64,000 bases of DNA from assembly GCF_037042905.1 (NCBI RefSeq), contig NC_087250.1, positions 15,750,001 through 15,814,000 on the forward strand, written 5' to 3'. The notes under the pieces are model-generated. The model searched no databases and was not told the DNA's origin. It was given only the letters and a program-made list of their open reading frames with translations. The stretch is from Lytechinus pictus. Its lineage: Eukaryota. The position numbers and the translations under genes are program-made. This document shows positions 15,801 through 30,800 of the stretch, one piece after another (position 1 is the first letter of the stretch; the number at the start of each line of letters is the position of its first letter).

Positions 15801-18800
15801 CATATGCGAACAGCTTTCCTACATATCATATCATCTTATTATCTATCGCAATATTAGATTACCTTATTATCATTTGTCGGAATATAATAATAATAATAAT
15901 CAGGGTAATAATACCAGTCCTATGATAATAAAATACTTTGTTATTTGACATTAAATGACATTTTAACTTGATCATATACCCTACGACTTGTGCAGGAAGA
16001 TCAGTGATACTTGATTACCCCTACCCGGGGTAATAATAATGTGTTATGCGCTATACAAGGACTATTATTATTATATAAGATTACCTCATTATCATCTAGG
16101 TTTCTTGCGGAGAACCATGTGACCTCGTCTGAGCTGTAGATTACCCGGAAACTTGCAGGCCACAGCCACAGATCCCTGCGACCCTGGGTCATTACACCAG
16201 CAAGAGGATGGACGGCCCCCAGATCAACCTGGATCCATTCATCTGGGCCGGAATTCTTCGCACACCAATGCCCCACCAGGCGGCCATCTTTCAATATTCA
16301 AGAAAAATAAGGTTAGCGAGTTTTCAATACCACTTCGCAGATGCTTTCTGGAGTGTAGAGGAAATATTATAAATGATCATTGGACTTCATTAACGGATTA
16401 CATGTGCATCTCCATAATATATCTTTTCCAATGCAGTACTGCACCTGTCCTATCAAGGATTGCCGCTTCATCCAACTTAGCCGGCATCCAGCTTTCCCCA
16501 ACTTGATATACACCTTTACCTTCGGGGTGTTGAATGATCAATGTCAGTTATCATTGGTTTGATGTCCCATTGGATGGCTTGATTGATAGGGCAGCCTCAT
16601 ATTATAAAAGTCATCTCTAATTGTTGAAATCAAACCAATTTAGTACAAGTATTCTGTGGATGCAGTTCGTATCAAAGTTATCGTGTTTGTGTTCTTGAGA
16701 TATGTCCGATTCTCATGTCACAGATCCATAGAGAAAACCTAAACTTTTGTAATGAGAGATAATCTGCAGTCTGACCAGATCTTGTTTCAGGTGTTAAAAT
16801 GCTCGGAGTGCACCTTTTCAATACCACAGTGAATTGTGTAATGTCCCCTTGTCCATTTATCAAATTTCTAATATTCACACATCTTCATATCTTCAGTATC
16901 TTCATAAGATAGACTATTTCTAATTGATAACGAAGATATCTTTCAGAGGATGGTGGGTTCCTGACATGTTTGGTGTTCCTGTAGGTGATTATAATGTACT
17001 GATACTTATATCCGATTGATAAACTACACTGCATAAATCATACTTTTAATTGATTATTAGATCTGTTATCTAATTATAAAGGATATATAAAATATTTTAA
17101 TATATCTATTTCAAGAAATTTAATTTCAGCATGATTACAGATTTTCTAACTTCTAAACTCTTCTTTTCTTACGGGTTCATTGAATCTGGTTATTTTCATG
17201 ATTATAGGATCAGCATCAATGTTTTTATATTGGGCATGTCTAATATACCTTGCAAGTATATTATTTTCTATATACAGGTGTGGGTGTAGGAGCATGTGTG
17301 TGTATTTGTTCCTGAGTACAATTAACAGTTGTGGCAAAAGAAGTTTATCAAATGATTCAATCATTGAAGCTTAATATTTGTCTGCCATTGATATTAGTTT
17401 TTTAAAGATCTGGCAGAAAATACAAGAACATGAAAAAATATCAACGAACAATAAAATACATATAAAAATTGACTTAAATATTATATTTAAGGGCCAAACA
17501 ATTATCACAATGAAACAAATGCTATTTGTACCCAAAATAATAAATGTTTTAGGTGCAATTATCAAATTATAGCATAATATTGCAAAATATGCATACATTT
17601 GCATAATCAATTAGCCACAAACAGAAATAACAAATTTTCCCAAATGGTACATGTTACTGTATGTATGCTGGATTTTGCAGTATCCATATTGGTGAAAGCG
17701 AATATTATAAAAAAAATATTGTAGAAATAAGATTATAAATGGTCAATTTGGCAGCCATTTTGTTTATGCAAATTAGGTGATAAAAACATGAAAAATTGAC
17801 TTGGGAATTGGTCTTATCAGATTCAGCACATTCCAATTAGGGAAAACAGACCGGTTTCCAACTTTTACCCCAAAATGCTTCTTGAACTCAAATTCTCCCC
17901 ATATTGGTCTTGTCTATGTCAAGGTTATGATATTTCAAAAACTTATAAACCTTCCTTAGGATTTCATCTGGACGTTGGTCAAGGGTCATCAAACCAAGGC
18001 AGGATGTTCAATAAGACTTGATTATGTTAAAGTCGAACAAGTAAGTCTTAGTTTAATGAACAAGGTCAATGTACATTCTAATTCACAATGACATTTGAAA
18101 AACTTAACCTTAGGTTTTAAGATTTGAATGTTGACGATGCCGTCTCGCTCTGCTACACAGGAGACACAAAAATGATATCTGCCCTACCTGCTTCCTGGTT
18201 AAGTCTGGCGCTAGAAGGTGGGTACCTTTCACTATGAAAACTGCTTGCAGAGAACAAAATATTGTTCAACCTTCCATCTTCTGCTCCCATGGTAACGAAC
18301 GTTTCTAGTGGAAAAAGATAAAGGTTTTTAAGAAAGAATGCAATGGCTTCTGTGACGAATAATGCTACTGATCTTTCATAGACAATTCTGTGAATAGACC
18401 AGTTCGTAGTTACTTCTGGACAATTTTGGTCAAATGACCTTTGATTTCTTTCAGTGTGATAGGCAGATTTCAAAGCAAGATATTACGTAAGCATGCCTTA
18501 CATAGCAAGATAAAGAAATTGAATAGACCAGGTAACTAGAATAGCAGACCATTCAACACTCTATGAAGGTATTTGTTGCATTTCTACTTTGAATGCATAC
18601 TATAGCATATTGTACAATGTATTTTCAAAACTGTGAGATACCAGTCGTCCGTGGACAAATTGTTTTTTGTGGATGTAAATTAAAACAAGTGGAACGCCTC
18701 TGGTAGTCTCGCCTGCATTACGCGATTTAATATAGCAGCAGTGCTAACTTTGAAAACTACTATAAAATAATAATTCACAAAAACACCATTCATATAATGA

Positions 18801-21800
18801 CATAATACCACATTCATTGACCATAGATGACATTTGAACGGTGACTTAAGACTTGTCAACTACACCCATGTCCACATTTCATTCACTCTATCCATAAACT
18901 TTCAAAGTTATGATGGCAATTCATCATTTACCCCAACACGGCCAAAGTTCATTGACCTTAAATGACCTTTGACCATGGTCATGTGACCTGAAACTCGTAC
19001 AGGATGTTCAGTGATACTCGATTACTCTTATGTCCAAGTTTTATGAACTAGATCCATAAACCTTCAGAGTTAGGATGGTAATTTAACAAAGACCCCCAAC
19101 ACGGCCAAAGTTCATTGACCTTAAATGACCATTGACCATGGTCATGTGACCTGAAACTCGCACAGGATATTCAGTGGTACTTGATTAACCTAATGTCCAA
19201 GTTTCATGAACTAGATCCATAAATTTTCAGTTATGAAGGTAATTCAACAAATACCCCAACTTGGCCAAAGTTCATTGACCCTAAATGACCTTTGACCTTG
19301 GTCATGTGACCTGAAACTCAGGAAGGATGTTCACTAATACTTGATTAACCTTATGTCCAAGTTTCATGAACTAGATCCATAAATTTTCAAAGTTATGATA
19401 GTAATTCAACAAATACCCCCAACTTGACCAAAGTTCATTGACCCTAAATGACCTTTGACCTTGGTCATGTGACCTGAAAATCGAGCAGGATGTTCACTAA
19501 TACTTGATTAACCTTATGCCCAAGTTTCATGATCTAGGTCCATATACTTTCTAAGTTATGATGTCATTTCAAAAACTTAACCTTCGGTTAAGATTTTGAA
19601 AATAATTCTCCCAACATGGTCTAAGTTCATTGACCCTAAATGACCTTTGACCTTAGTCATGTGACCTGAAACTCAGGCAGGATGTTCAGTAATACTTGAT
19701 TAACCTTATGTCCAAGTTTCATGAACTAGGTCCATATACTTTCTAAGTTATGATGTCATTTCAAAAACTTAACCTTAGGTTAAGATTTGATGTTGACGCC
19801 GCCGCCGCCGCCGCCGTCGGAAAAGCGGCGCCAATAGTCTCGCTCTGCTATGCAGGCGAGACAAAAACACAACTCAAAGGAATATATGAATAATCAAGAC
19901 ATCAAATTTGGTGCTTATCTCATTAAATTTTAAACCATCATGTCACTTTAGTACAAATGACCTTCCTCTGATCATGCGCAGAATCTTCTGATCATGCGCA
20001 GAGTGGAACTATGAACTGGCTTATTTAACAGATGAGCAATACAATTTAAAGGGGGGGGCAAACATGGAGTATGGAGAAAGACTTTAAAAAAGCAATGAGC
20101 AAGCGAAGCAGGTGAGCAACATTTTTAAACTTAAAATTAAAAACTAATAATTTTATGATTCAATTAGAAAAGTGAGCAAATATTTGGACCTTTATAATGC
20201 AAAAATCAAAGTTTCTGATTGAATTTGATATAATTAAGCCCTGGTAGATGACTCTACATAATTTTGATTCCTGCAAAATTGTCTACCTATTATTTCTAAT
20301 TTTTTTAAGATTGACATATCATTTTAAAAGAATTTCATATAAACATATAGATATAAGATTGATATATGTGCACTCAAAAACCTGGCATGGTCGGTCAAAT
20401 CTTTCGTCTTTGGAAGATTCATTAGTACATCAATAAGCATTTTGTATTGATTTTTGAGGAAAAAATCCTCCCAAATGTAATGTTTTTAAATCCAATGTAA
20501 CATATATTTCAATGTTATGATGATATTCCACGTACTGTATGCGTATGGAATTCCACACCATGTCTGAGGGGGTCCAACGTTACAGTATTCTACAGTAAGC
20601 GGATCTAGTTCAGTGATGCACACTGGTGCTGTCTCGTTGATAGATGGCGTCCTGCAGTAGTTATGATCGCCCAGACCCGAGTTGTAGGTGTCGTTAACGA
20701 TGCTTTGCAATAACCAGTTTTTGCACGCATGACCATTCTCCGAGACACTGACAAACCCTCGATAATCCAAGCCTTGCGGGTCGGTGTAGCATTCAGGTTG
20801 ATAGTTAACTAGAAAGAAAGAAAGAGTAATTAAACACCATGGCCCGTATTCTGAAGTCGGGTTTAACTTAAACTCAGGTTTAAAGTTGTGGTTTAAGTAT
20901 GGGAAGCCAATTGTTACATAAATCACTAACAGTAGAGATATCATACTTCATCTCATTTGGCTCTCAAATCATTCATAATTATCTATAACGTATAAATAGA
21001 TGATTGTCTTCATCAACGATGAATCAGGAAAAAAGCACAATAAACATAAGAAACATACAACTTAATAAAAATTTTGATACTTTTGGCCTCCCATACTTAA
21101 ACCACAACTTTAAACCTGAGTTTAATTTAAACCCGACTTCAGAATACGGGCCCATGAAGCAAAGACAAGAATCCCCCAAAACTGCCTTCATAATACCTTT
21201 GCCATCCAATTTTAACTGCATGGAATCCATGATTTTGGCTGGCTGTTGATCCGCGTTACCATGGTAGTTATTATTGAATGGCAAAGTTACCATAATATAG
21301 TAACTTGTACGCAACGTGGCCCTGACCTGGTGGGTGTTTCATAAAGCTGTTCGTAAGTTAAGAGCGACTTTAAGAACGAGTGGTGATCCTTTCTTTTGGT
21401 AAATGGTACATACATGTACCATTGGCGATGCTTTAGCGCATAAGAAAGGTTCACCAGTTGTTCTTAAAGTCGCTCTTAACTTTATACGAACAGCTTTATG
21501 AAACGGCCCCCTGGAAAATATGACACTGTTCCCAGTGACATGACATACTGCTCCTGTCTTAATATCGCAAAGGGCATAGGGTTAGGGTTAGGATTGTTGG
21601 CGGTGTGGTCTATTGGTTAGACTCTCGTCTTTCAATAAAAAAATCTGATAAAAATTTAGATAAAAAGTACTGCACCTTTAGCAGGAATATTATTCTATTT
21701 TGGCCTGAAATGCACCATAATGGAAAAAAAATTAACTTCAAAGGGAAAAAAAGCAGTGACTCACTTCGGCTGTCGCACAATTCCCACTTCCCTGGTTTAT

Positions 21801-24800
21801 CCGAAATTAATACTTAAACATATGGCCAGTGAGTCCCTGTAAAGATCAAATTAGAACTTGGGTGTCTGTAATTGGTGAGTGGAGCCAACGGAGTTCAGCG
21901 GAACAGCCAATATAACAGAGACCAAAGCTTTTGGTCTAAACCCACCCTAACCTCAATCATATGTTACATATTTCGTTGGTTTGTCCCAGTATGTGACCAA
22001 TACATTTTCTTTCTCCGTATTTGATTGTGTTCAGGAGGCTATTTGTTTCTTCTGATATAACTAGCACCTATTCAAAGGCATTACATAAGCGTTCCATGAC
22101 ATTTCCTCTAGCGACAATTGCTCCGCTGTATATTCCACACACTAATGGAATAGCCGACTTCAACCCTGGATTTAATTTAAATGGAAACTATCCTAAACCT
22201 AATCCTAAATCTGTTAAAGATAAAACCATATTGTTACCCTAAAACCTTTATCTTAGACGAAATAAAGCCCACAGCAAATGTCATGTCACCGATATACAAT
22301 CTGAAAATTACACCATCTGATAGTAGAAATAGATAGACACAAACTCGGGCTGCAGATGGTCAAAATAGTAGAAGACCTATACTATAGGAAATATTTATCT
22401 CATCATCTATTCTATTCCATCGAATCCTTAAAAATATTCAAAACATTTTACATATTAAAACATTCACAAGTACACGTTTCTTCCCTGATTCCATCTTTTG
22501 ACTTGAAATACAGAGAAACACATAATAGTGTGGGTGCGTCGTGGTCTAGTGGTTCTGACTCGCACCTTTCAAACAGTGGGTCGTGGGTTTGAATCCTCGC
22601 CATGGCGTGTTTTCCTTCAGCAAGAAATTTATCCACACTGTGCTGCCCTCGACCCAGGTGAGGTAAATGGGTACCGGCAGGAAGTAATTCCTGTGCGCAC
22701 CAGAATCGGTAGACTAGCTTAGCCGGGGTAATATAGGAGAGCCTTGAGCACCTAGCAAGGTGGATACGTGTGGTATACAAAGGTTATATCATTTTATTTT
22801 CTTATTTATTTGATAATAACCCTTTTAATCTCACCATTCTCAAATTCTGTCGCGACTTCGCCCACATACAAATTGATGTCATCATTGAATTCGCCAATCA
22901 CAAAGGTCCCGATGTCTACACCAGTCCCCGTCCATTCGCTTGTATGGAAGGAAGCTGAGATGACCGGTTTGTCATCAGAAGGAAGCTCGATGTTTTGGAA
23001 TTCCATGAATAGTTCTGAGGAGCACTCAAACCGTTCGGCCATAAACATATCAAATGTGTACGAATCCCCAACCTTTGAAAATGAATGGATACATATAAAG
23101 ATAAGATGATGTTTGGACGAATTTCATAACACATCAAATGTGTATAAATCGCCAATGTTTTGAAGGGAGAGTGAACTGTGTGTGGTCCCTCATTGACTAT
23201 GTGTTATAAATACATAGTCTTAAAATACACGTTTTCAGATATCTACTAATACTACAGAGAATAAATTGACCTATAATTGTACTTGTATAGAGAAACTAAA
23301 ATGTTTTGAGAGGAAAAGTAAATATTTTGCTTCTTGGTAACATAATTATTGCAGTATAAATTTACTGAGTAGTTAATTAAGCATGTTATCATTAAAGTCT
23401 ATATTACTAGGCTACACTAGCATTATGAGTCAGGAAACTGGCCAGGTGTAAGTAGTTGAGGACTCGATATGGCGCTACTGGTTCGTATCTGCTTTAAGAT
23501 TAACAAATAGGACAGAATGAACTTTCGGGCATGAAATTGCATTGTGGGAGAAACTGTTTCACGGGGATTTGCAAATATTAATAACAATACAATTGGAAAT
23601 TGGTGTATGATGAAAGATGTTCCCTTCACCATCATTATCCGGACCCCGTATAACAAAGAGTTATGATTGATCTAATCTACCTCAAAAATATATGGAAATC
23701 CACCGATGTCATCATTTTTTCTACAGGAAATTATAACAATGCCCTTTGTGAACAAAAGAAAGCACGCTGAATTTTCTAGAAAGCAAACAATGTATGCATA
23801 TACATCATATCTAGAAAATATCTTCAACAAACATGCATGTTATAGTTGATGTTGATTGCTTTCCATAGTTGTGGTTGATTGGATCAATCGCAAATCTTTG
23901 TAAGACGTGGCCCAGGAATGAATTCATATATTGGGATATCAGGTCATTATCAGGTACCTCAATAACTAGTAAGCTGAAATCATTATCTAGCGACATATGA
24001 CATGAATGAGAAAAAAAGGGGGAAATATGAAATGGTGTTAAAAAATAATTGAATATGAATAATCCAGAATTACCAGTGTGCATCTTTTTTTATGATGTTC
24101 AGATTTTCTTTCATAATTGGAACTTCAAACAGACCATAAAGACAAAATAAAAGCTCCTTTGAGCCAAGAATTAATTTCTAGCTGCCCCTAATCATTTTTT
24201 CTGTGAAAATTATAAAGTGATGAAATAGGTACAAAAAATGGGTTTACCCTTAACAAGATGGTCACATTCTCATTTGGTAGATATGACAGCGAAGCACACC
24301 TCCCATGCTTAATAACTCCTTGGTATATAGATATTCTCACCTCCCCTATGAAGAGAAGAGAGGAGCAGGTATCCATACATTTATAAAACAAAATAAATAT
24401 TATATACCTAAAACTTGACAGTCACCCCCCCCCCAGTTCAGCTGCTTCTGGTGAAGCCTTGTGCTGCTCTCGACCCAGGTGAAGTGCATTGGTCCTCAAA
24501 TTATTTTTGTTTTCTCTTTAATAACACTTTAGCCTATGTGGCGGCTCAGCTACTACCAGGGTAATATATGATACCAAGTATTAAGCACAGTAGAATATAT
24601 ATATGCATATACATGTAGGAACTGCAATATATATAAAATGTTATTATCATTAGTAGTAGAAGCGTTAGTATTACTAGTATCATCATTATTATTGTTATTA
24701 AGCTTGTTATGCTCTACAATATGCCCTTGAAATCTTGAGCCAGGCCACAAAGTGTGCAACGTGCTGATACTCAAAAGCATAAAATACATTTTTATAGATT

Positions 24801-27800
24801 TTTTCAAAGTCGGGTAATGTATAACGTAAAAAGCTACACAAACTTGCAAAAATCAGGAATTTACCAGTTTTGCATCAATATCTGCAAACCAATCGTTTAT
24901 AAACCATTCACAATCATGGAGATGGCTGAAAATGTCAGGATACTTTTTTTATCTCCAGCTTCTTAACATCCAATGAATAAATTTGTGAAATAAGTTCTCA
25001 AAAATGAGTGTATTGCTGTGTAGTGAACATATTGTCTGAGATGAACAAAACTTAATAAGCCTGTTCACGGTTGTAAACTGCGCACAAGCAGAAAAAGGTC
25101 ATTGGAGACAACCATGAAGGTGGCTTTCAAATTCACTGACATAGGCATTTGTGATTTGATAATTATTCATGTATTCCTTTCAAAATATTTATCACATCCA
25201 AGCTGAAGAGTAATAAATAGAGCCTTCATAATCACTGGTATTTGACAGTAGCCTAAACAATAGTCAAATGTGCCAATTAAACGCAGACAATAAAACAGAT
25301 ATCCAAACTTTATCCCTGATGTACTATTCTAGTTACCTGGTCTATACAATGCCTTTTGTTCTTAGAATTTGAATACTCTACCGGTAAAGCTTACGCAACA
25401 TCTACATTTGAAAATGATAGTGCTTATCCTAATGAAAAATCACAAAGGTCATTGGAGAAAAGTTGATCGTGAGCTAACCGTGAACTGGCTTATTCCCCAC
25501 AACTCACTTCAACTTCACTACATACCATCGTTGTTCTGTAGTTCGGCTTTTTTGCAGATGATTTGATGAAAGTTGTGATTTATGATTTCCATGATCAGGT
25601 GTCCATCCAAGAAGAGCCATATTTCCTCACCTCCGCCCAGGGTGATGACCTCTTGACCTGAATGGTGGAAGCTACTCCTTAGGACACTTGTGAATCTTGG
25701 ATGTGGGGTCACAAAGAAAATACGTTTGACTAAGAGTCACACTTTGCATACTTCAATATTTGCCATGAAATGTAGCTGGATGTGAATTGCATAGAATATT
25801 CATTAATGTACTTACATGTATGCAGTTCTTATAACATTTCATAATGTTCTTGGTTTTTGTATTCTATTTAGTATGTGTGATCTCCCTCTATTTTCACCTC
25901 TCTTTTTCCGCCCTCTCTCAACTTTTTCGTTCTGCAATACATTTCTACTACTATCTCCACCAGCTTCCTCACTTTTCTTTCTCTTATCTCTTATTTCCAT
26001 AATTATTGATGCCATTCAAGCATACGCCAAAAAATTCAATTTTTCTGTACTTGCAGCTATTGTTTTTACTTTTTTACTAATTATGTTGTAAATTGGCCCT
26101 TTCAGCCCTTCTGCTGGCCAATATTTATATGTGCATATACCAATAAACAAATCGATAAATGAATCAATTAGATTTAAATGCCAAGTTGCGTGCCGAATCA
26201 AAGACATCGGTATATTGGTCAAATCACTCTAAGAGGACGCACGCAGCTGCCTATTAATCAATAAGATTGCGCCTTAAATAATCAGGTGTGGTTAGTATTA
26301 AACTTTAAGTCGCACCCCAATCCCCTCCCTCAGTTCAAGACAAAAAGAGAATCATTGTGATACCACTGATATAGTTTTATCAAATTTTGTCTATAATGAT
26401 GATAATTTCTTTTCTTCTCGTCTTCTGCTTTCCTTCCAGTTCTTCTTGTTGTTCGTTTTATGATTATTCTATTTTTTTTTTTACTCTTGTTTATCCTTTT
26501 CTTTTTCTTCTTCCTCTCCTCCTTCTTCTTCATCCTTTCTTCTTCTTCTGTACTTTTTCTTCTTCTGCTAGTTTGAGAGTTGGCTTCCTTCTTTTAATTA
26601 CTTTTTAATATTTTCATTATTTGTGGTGATATGATGTAGTGATTCAGTCACTTGACTCTTAAACCAAAGGTCAAGGGTTAAAATCCCACCGGGCGCTACT
26701 GTCCTCTGGCAAGGCACTTATCCACATTAGTCACTCTCCTCCCAGGTGTTAAAGGGGAATCCGACCCAAATGAAAACTTGTTTTAGAGGAAAAAAAAATC
26801 AGACAAGCTGATAGGTGAAAGTTTGAACAATATCGGACAAACAATAAGAAAGGTATGATTTTTTAAGTTGTAAATATTGGTAATCACTTTACCCATGGAG
26901 ACTTCAAATTGGCTGCATATATGATGTCATAGTGATGTAAAGGCAAGGACTACTCTTCCATGTACTCCGATACATAAAATGGCTAAAATATCATTTTATT
27001 CAAAGTTTTACTTCAAATTACATTTTTTGTTTCATGAGGACATAAAACATTATTACCTACATGTATACAAGGCATTTTAGGAGATAAATAAAAGTCATAT
27101 TTTGCTCGCTACTTTCAATCCCACACCAACGAGGTAAACATTTGCCATGTTGCCCACCCCGGGCTTTGCCCATAGGAATCCTGTACAAAACAGAGGGCAA
27201 TATTGGCCATATTTTTGCTAGCGCGCTTGCGCAGTAGGAGCCGAATTTGACCACTAATTTAAGTATTTGAGAAATCTGGCTGGAACCAGTTTATGAACCA
27301 ACGCATTGTAGATACACAAACGCAACCCAAGCACAAGATTTGTACTCGTTGACTGTATGTGCGCGCCATGCATGATGCGCGACTACAACAATTTACGTCA
27401 CAATTGCTTATTAGAGTTACTTCGCTAAGTTTGTGAATAACCTGAAATCGAAAGTAGTGATAAGCAAACAGGCATATAAATTGTTCCAAATAATAGCTTG
27501 AATTACACATTGTACAGCCTTAGGCAATAATGATCATATATTATTACCTATACGAAGTGTTTTCCGTGGCAATCATTATCCATATTTTGCTTTCTCTGAT
27601 TTCGCAGCGGTCAATATCGTGCCATATTTTCTCTCTTCCGGGTTTTCCTATTGACAAATTTTATGTCAGATTTTTGGGAAATTTATCAACACAGATTTTG
27701 GGGAATTTTTTGAATGAATTTACTATATAGGTAATAATCATAATATTAACTGGCATAGAATGAGATACAAACCTATATTTCCCTCTCTGAATCCAATATA

Positions 27801-30800
27801 GGTTTGTATCTCATTCTATGCGAGTCAAATATTATATAAATATACTACCTGGGTCATATTTAGATTACTGCCCCAGGGGAAAGGGTACTTGCTTATCCGA
27901 TTTCTTTGAAACTTTCACCATTCTTTTTTGTTTATTTTTCTTCTTTCCAATACAACATTTTATGACCAAGGCTGGATTCCCCTTTAAATGGGTACCCGGT
28001 AGAATGTGAATGTCAATGTGATAAGACGGGCATGAGTGCACGGATAAGATAACAGCAACAATTATCATTACTTTTTTAAAACTGAAAATCGCTCTTACCC
28101 AAAATTATGAAAAGCACCATCACAATCAGATAAATCCTCGTGCCCAAAGCCAAGTTCATCAATGGGAAAATAGGATTCATTCCACGACCTATAGGTAGTG
28201 AGAAAACAATCGATGGAAATACATCTTTTAGATTTAGATTTCATGTGTTTAAACCATAATAGCAATATATAAGTCTTACTCAAAAGAAAAACAAATGCAG
28301 GACTTTGATGTGTGTTTGATATTGGTGCTATGGACAAAATCACGAAGTTAGAAATTAAAGTTATTAAGGGCATGCAAACTAGCGGCAGCCTTTAAAGCCC
28401 CATCTCAAGTCCTCAACTACTCCTATCTGGCCAGGTTTATTACCCATAATGCAACATTCTCAGTAGGGTAGTCTTGTAATATAGGCCCAATTGAAATAAA
28501 ACACACTAATTTACTACTTAATACATTCATATCGCAATAACTATGATACCAAATAGTAAAACAGGTACATGCAGACCTGCCAACCTCTGGGAATGAAAAA
28601 CTGTATTCTGTGATAAAAAAAACTGTATTTTTCCCCAAAAAAGTGTATTTCATAATAAAATGCTTGGCGCACTCGCTCATCGCGGCGCTCAAGCTGCATG
28701 CAAGCTAAAATGCGCACTGCTCTTGCAGATGAAAAAAAAAACATTAAAACATGTGTATATCTTCACCCTGGTTTGAACAAAATGATTGAAAAAAAAAAAA
28801 AGTTACCTGAAATTACATTGATCTAATAACCATATTTGTGCACGTTTTATGAAATAGAGACATATAGAGATTATTTTTCTCAATAAATTATGATTTAGTT
28901 ATAAAAAAAAAAATAAAAAAACATGTATTTTTCAAAGAAAAAACGTACTGCCGTATTTTGGTTGCAAAAACGTACTAAATACGGCTAAAACGTACTGGTT
29001 GGCAGGTCTGTACATGTACCTATCCTCTCAAACATTCTATTTTTTCTATACTCTGCGGCAATCATTCTAACAGGTCCCAAGTGAGGGAGCAAGCTAGGAA
29101 AAAAATTTGACAAAATTTTCATACAAAAAGCTAATGGATATTGACAATAAGCTGCATTTGGCAATATCTATTTCACCATCAAGTGCCTTTCCCTTACTTT
29201 TCTTTCCTTGGTCATGCAAATATTTTTAGGGGGCTAGGCCACAACCATCCCCCCCAACATTTAAGCATCTATATGTGGTCTAAGTGACACGACGTCTACT
29301 TATTCTACAATTTTTCAAATCATAATGTATGATAAACGGTTCAAAGGTCACAGAAATATCACAGAGTTATACGAGAAACTAGAAATTAGACAAAATGGCA
29401 AATGGGCTAAATTACTGAATTGCAATCAAACTGACTGGCTAGTGGACACCGGGTGTACACCAAGTGGCGATTTTCCCCACCCCTTGATTCAGTGTTCGGA
29501 TCCAGGTAAGCTCAACCCCCCCCCCCCCTTTAGAGAGCCATAAAAATATATATTAGTGGAAAACAATGTGCAAAGTTTTCCTGACATAAATCACAATTCA
29601 ATGGGAATGAAGACCCTTTTGGGGCTTTTTAATTTTTTTCTGTACAAACCCCTCCCTCTTAGAGCTGGCAACCTATAGAAGTAAATAGTAGTAATCCTGC
29701 AGCTCAATATAATTTTATATGTGCCATGGGGTAACAACAAATTTATTAGAAGAGGTACTAGTAATATATAAATGAACAGAATACACAATGCTCATAAATG
29801 CCGAGTTTGCTATCCCTACATGATGGTTGTGAGGTATATTTATCCAGGATGCCAGATGTGTGTTACTTTTGTGAAGCTCAATCTTGTCAGGAGAGTGCAT
29901 TTAATAACTGCAGTTTCTTACAATGTGTGTATTAAAGTTGTACGTACCTATTCTACCTCAAAAGCATAAAGGTCAAAAATTGCCTAATTTGGTTTGAAAA
30001 TGAACAAAATATATGACTTTTTCTGAATAGTTGCCCACCCTACATGTTGGTTGTCACTTGTCAGGTATATTTATCCAGGATGCTAGCTGTACATTACTTT
30101 TGTGAAGCACTATCTTGTCAGGAAAGTTGTGCCCCTCCCCCCCCCCCTCTTTGGAAGATCCTAGATCTGCCCCTGCCTTGGTCACTTTAAATAACATACC
30201 TATACAGAGATTCATCGGGGTACCACCACGCCGTTAGGTGTGATGTCAGAGCAACGTTCACTTCCGGGTCAGTTTTAAACCAGGATGAGAACATATCTTC
30301 TTCCGGGTCGTCGGATACTCGCAACCAAGCACCGCTGAAGATATCACGGACGTACTTGGGCGAGTTGTAGGTGGGTAGAGGAGAGGCTCTAGCAAAGTCT
30401 TCATGAGATACACTTTTTGTCGGTTCATAGATGATGATTGAATAGAAAAATAAGATTCAATAACAAAGCGTTTTTAAAAACGGAACATGCAAAGGAAAAC
30501 ATTGAAAATGTAATTGAATTGCCAGTAAGAATGTAACATAGCCCCACTACTACATGCGTTGCCCATGGTATAATCTACAAAATTGCATTGGATTTGTACA
30601 TGAATTCACGTTTTTGAGCAATTTTGAGTCTGCATGCACTAATACATGATGTTGCATAACTTCGGTACCGTTTATCTGGGGGTCGCAAAATTGGTCCCAA
30701 AAGTTGCGCGAGAATTGATAGTACAAAGTCAGCGAGTGACACAGTCCAAAAAGTTTTTGCACTGCGGATTTATCATGAAAAATGTCAAGCGGGGTTGAAT

